The notes below the pieces were generated by a model, which saw only the letters and a program-made list of their open reading frames with translations, was not told the origin of the DNA and made no database searches. From positions 11,178,211 through 11,215,903 of the forward strand of contig NC_057752.1 in NCBI RefSeq assembly GCF_004010195.1: DNA of 37,693 nucleotides. The letters are read 5' to 3'. This stretch comes from Chiloscyllium plagiosum (Eukaryota). Shown piece after piece: positions 34,455-37,693 of the stretch (position 1 is the stretch's first letter; every line of letters starts with the position of its first letter). A program made the position numbers and the translations under genes.

Positions 34455-35268
34455 TAAAAATCACACAACACCAGGTTATAGTCCAACAGGTTTGATTGGA
34501 AGCACTAGCTTTCGGAGCGACACTCCTTCATCAGGTGATAGTGGAGGGCTCGATCATAACACAGAATTTATAGCAAAAATTTACAGTGTGATATAACTGA
34601 AATTATACATTTGACAAATTGATTCTGTTAAGTCTTTCATCTGTTTGAATACCATGATAGTTTCACTTCTTTCATGTGTAAACCACAAAACCTTTTTTAA
34701 AAGGTTGCATTCTCGGGTTAGCTGTTAACAATGGTGATGGCTAGACAGTATGTTGAAGGTGTTGGCACCCTGTGTTCTCTGTCTATGCCATGATGTTTAG
34801 ATTGATTCTAATCTAAAAAGTGAGATAACGGAGTTTTACATGAATGCATGCAGTTTTTGAGCAAAGTACAATGTAACCCTGCAAGTACAAATTCACCCCA
34901 CAAAATATATGTGTGCATGTGGGTCTTTGTCTGTCTGTGTGTGTGTGTCTGTCTGGGTTGGGGGTTGTGAGTGTGAGAAAGAGTATGTGTGTGTAGTGAG
35001 TGCAGAGTGTCTTAAGTCTGTGAGGGAGTGCATGTGTGAGTGTGGGAATGTGTGTGGGTGTCTGTGTGCGCGTTTGTGTATATGTGTGTCCATGTGTATG
35101 TGTGTATAGGAGTCCCTGTATGTGTGTGAGAGTGTGCTTGTGTAGGAGTATCTGTGTGTGTGTATAGTGCAATGGTGATCACCTGTAATGTGACATGAAC
35201 CCAACGTCCTGGTTGAGGCCCTCCCTATGGGTACTGAGCTTAGCTATCGGCCTCTGCTCGGCCAGTTT
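34455..35268 (-). mobile_element. Penelope-like family B 3' region: ORF C-terminus, CA-rich UTR, hammerhead
   Basis: Minus strand LAEQRPIAKLSTHREGLNQDVGFMSHYR* resembles the GIY-YIG C-terminal E...GLN motif. Possible TSD ATTTCAGT at 34447-34454 and 35269-35276. Confidence 0.8.
34503..34537 (-). ncRNA. Minimal hammerhead ribozyme, intact core (family B)
   Basis: Minus strand CAC-CTGATGA-A-GGAG-TGTCG-CTCC-GAAA-G-CTA-GTG: stem I CAC/GTG, palindromic AGCT stem III, CUA cleavage triplet. Confidence 0.75.
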
Positions 35269-36181
35269 ATTTCAGTAACAATAAAATTAACTGTTCATTG
35301 TAACACTTGTAACTTTAACAAGAATGGCAAAAGAACAGGATTTCTAATTTATGTAACTTGAACTTTACCTGTTTTAAGCTTTCATAGGCATTCAAGATAC
35401 AAAACATATGTTATGAGTGGAGGACAAACAGAGCAACACAGTTCTGTGCACCAGTCCAAAATCACAAAACTCGAGAGTTTGGCTTCAAAGTCTTCAGTTC
35501 TTGAATGAGACCTGGATGTTATCTGCACAACAGTGACCCACCTGTAGTTCACTGGCTATTTAGTTTGACCTGGGATCTTTCTGGTTGTATTTGGGTTTTA
35601 GGATTATTTCTTTCAGCATCTCCAAATGTGATTTTTCTGCCCTTTCAACAGAAAATTGGAGAAAGCAACAACTGAAGGGGAGAGAGAGAAAGAGATTGAT
35701 GCAGCTAACACCTGGAGATCATCTTGCTTTTCCATCATAGAGACTGTGTTCAGTCGTAATCAGATTAATCAAAGGCTTGTTGCTATGCTGAAATCCCGTG
35801 AACCCGTAACAAATGGTTCCACTTTGTCTGGAATCCATGTCCCCATTGTCTCATATGCATCAGTTAACTTCACGTGTTTTTCCAAAACTGCAAACAACTT
35901 CTTGTACATTCTCTCTCTTTTCGAAGCAGTGCCCATTTTTTCCCATTTTCAATCCATGGTCTAAAAATAAAAAGAATGTGGTGTCTTGTACAGTCAAAAT
36001 GTAGACATTAGTGACCTCATTCTATTCAGCCCATTGTTTAAAAATAGACTGCATCTAAGCAGTACAGCCGGATAAGGAATGCTTGTAAAATCTAGAGCAG
36101 ACTTTTTCTGATTTTTGTCAATTGCCGTCATTCCTTTATTTCATTGTATCCCATCTCTGATATTGTCGTTCTCAAATGCAG

Positions 36182-36400
36182 GTCATCGGAACTGTTCCCT
36201 TAGTCATGAACCCAGCAACAATAACAACAACCGACCCAGTGACAGCAGTGGCAGCACAGAGCCTGCAAGTGCAAGCAGTTACTCCACAGATGCTGCTGAA
36301 CTCCCAAGGGCAAGTGATTGCAACTGTGATCAGCAACCAGTTTGTGCCAGTTCTGAGCCGGCAAGGAGTACCTCTCTCACCTGTAAAAACAACGCAGCAG
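36182..36400 (+). CDS. POU6F1: POU6 coding exon F (VIGTVPLVMNP...AQSLQVQAVTPQMLLNSQGQVIATV...LSPVKTTQQ)
   Basis: Acceptor TTCTCAAATGCAG, donor CAG/GTAATG, 219 nt, phase 0 to 0. Nearly identical to POU6F1 AQSLQVQAVTPQLLLNAQGQVIAT. Confidence 0.93.
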
Positions 36401-36607
36401 GTAATGTCTCCGAGGTTGGTTTTACATGCAGTAAGTTCTAGTTCTGGGAGCACCATCTTTTGAAATTACATTTCATGTAAGCGTTACAAAATACATAAAG
36501 AACAACACTTTTAAGCCCAAACAAAGGTTCGATTTGACTTCAGCGGTGTTTACGAGAATGATATACACCCCACTCTTGTGAAATGTAATTAAGTTATCAG
36601 TTGTTTT

Positions 36608-37225
36608 ATAGAGTCAGACAGCACAGCAACAGACCCTTCAGTCCAACCTGTCTGTGCCAACCAAGTTTCCCGAACTAAACTAGTTCCACTTGCCTACGTT
36701 TGGCCCATATCTTTCTAAACCTTTCCTATCATGTACCTATCCGATTGCTGTTTAAATGTTGTAATTGTACTTGCATCTAACACTTCTTCTGGCTGTTCAT
36801 CCCACACACGAACCACCCTGTGCACGAAAAAGTTGTCCCTCAGGTCCTTTTCAAATCTTTCTCCTCTCACCCCAAAAATATACCCCCAATTTTGAACTCC
36901 TGCACCCTCGAGAAAAGACCTTTGCTGTTCACCCCATCTATGCCCCTCATGATTTGATAAACCTCTATAAGGTCCACCCCTCAACATCCTACACTCCACA
37001 CCAGTCTCTCCCCATAACTCAAACCTTCCAGTCCTGGCAACGTCCTGATAAATCTTTTTTTGAACCCGCTCCATTTTAATACTAGCCTTCCCATAGCAGG
37101 GTGACCAGAACTGCACACACGACTCCAAAGATGGCCTCACCAACATCCTGTACAACCTCAACATGACATGCCAGCTCCTATACTCAACTGTCTGAGCAAG
37201 GGTGCTAAATGCCTTCTTAACCACC
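36608..37225 (-). mobile_element. CR1 (HER1-like) LINE 3' part
   Basis: ORF 36715-37224 (VKKAF...LYRMLVRPSLESCVQFWSP...FFVHRVVRVWDEQP). Confidence 0.88.
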
Positions 37226-37693
37226 TCATGCCCCCACCATCACACCCACTCCAGGTACTGGCTCCGACCCCACTCCCAGCTCCACACCCACACCAGATCC
37301 CAGCTCCCAGCCCTGCCGAGTTTTCACCATCCCTCCAGACCTCCCCCTCACTGAGGACGAACGATCAGTCCTCAGCAAAGGACTCACCTTCATCCCCCTC
37401 CGTCCACGCATCAATGAATTTAATACACGCCGTGACATCGAACAATTCTTCCGTCGCCTCCGCCTCCGAGCTTACTTTCACAATCAGGACTCCCGCCCAC
37501 CTTCCGAGGACCCCTTCGCCCACCTCCAACACACTGCATCCACCTGGACACCCCGCGCTGGCCTATTACCTGCCCTCGACCTCTTCATTCACAACTGCCG
37601 CCGGGACATTAACCGCCTCAACCTGTCGACCCCCCTCCCCCACTCCAACCTCTCACCCTCACAACGCGCAGCCCTCCAATCCCTCTGCCCCAA
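37226..37693 (+). mobile_element. Penelope-like retroelement, N-terminal ORF region, running off the window
   Basis: Open frame from 37317: RVFTIPPDLPLTEDERSVLSKGLTFIPLRPRINEFNTRRDIEQFFRRLRLRAYF...SNLSPSQRAALQSL, with the PLE motifs L.KGL.F.P and NLS..E/QR.AL..L. CpG-rich, so probably young. Confidence 0.85.

Overview
Vertebrate genomic DNA, almost certainly a shark (HE1-type SINEs with their HER1/CR1 LINE partners; a bamboo/carpet shark is a guess). The + strand carries six phase-compatible internal coding exons of a POU class VI transcription factor, most likely POU6F1 (16254-16461, 18074-18189, 22821-23040, 25791-25963, 29480-29593, 36182-36400; 1050 nt, 350 codons). The POU and homeobox exons lie beyond the window end. 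Most remaining sequence is retroelement-derived: HE1 SINEs, probable Deu-type SINEs, CR1 LINEs of several ages, a Rex1/Babar fragment, a solo LTR and many Penelope-like element (PLE) pieces. The PLE pieces carry about ten minimal hammerhead-ribozyme motifs from three sequence families. Two structures stand out: a TSD-flanked 95-bp-arm palindrome with an intact hammerhead core on each strand (25074-25300), and a TSD-flanked PLE whose endonuclease region is replaced by about 9.8 identical copies of a 53-bp G-rich unit (26751-28001). Repeat boundaries are by eye and approximate, and family names and protein comparisons are from memory; no searches were run.
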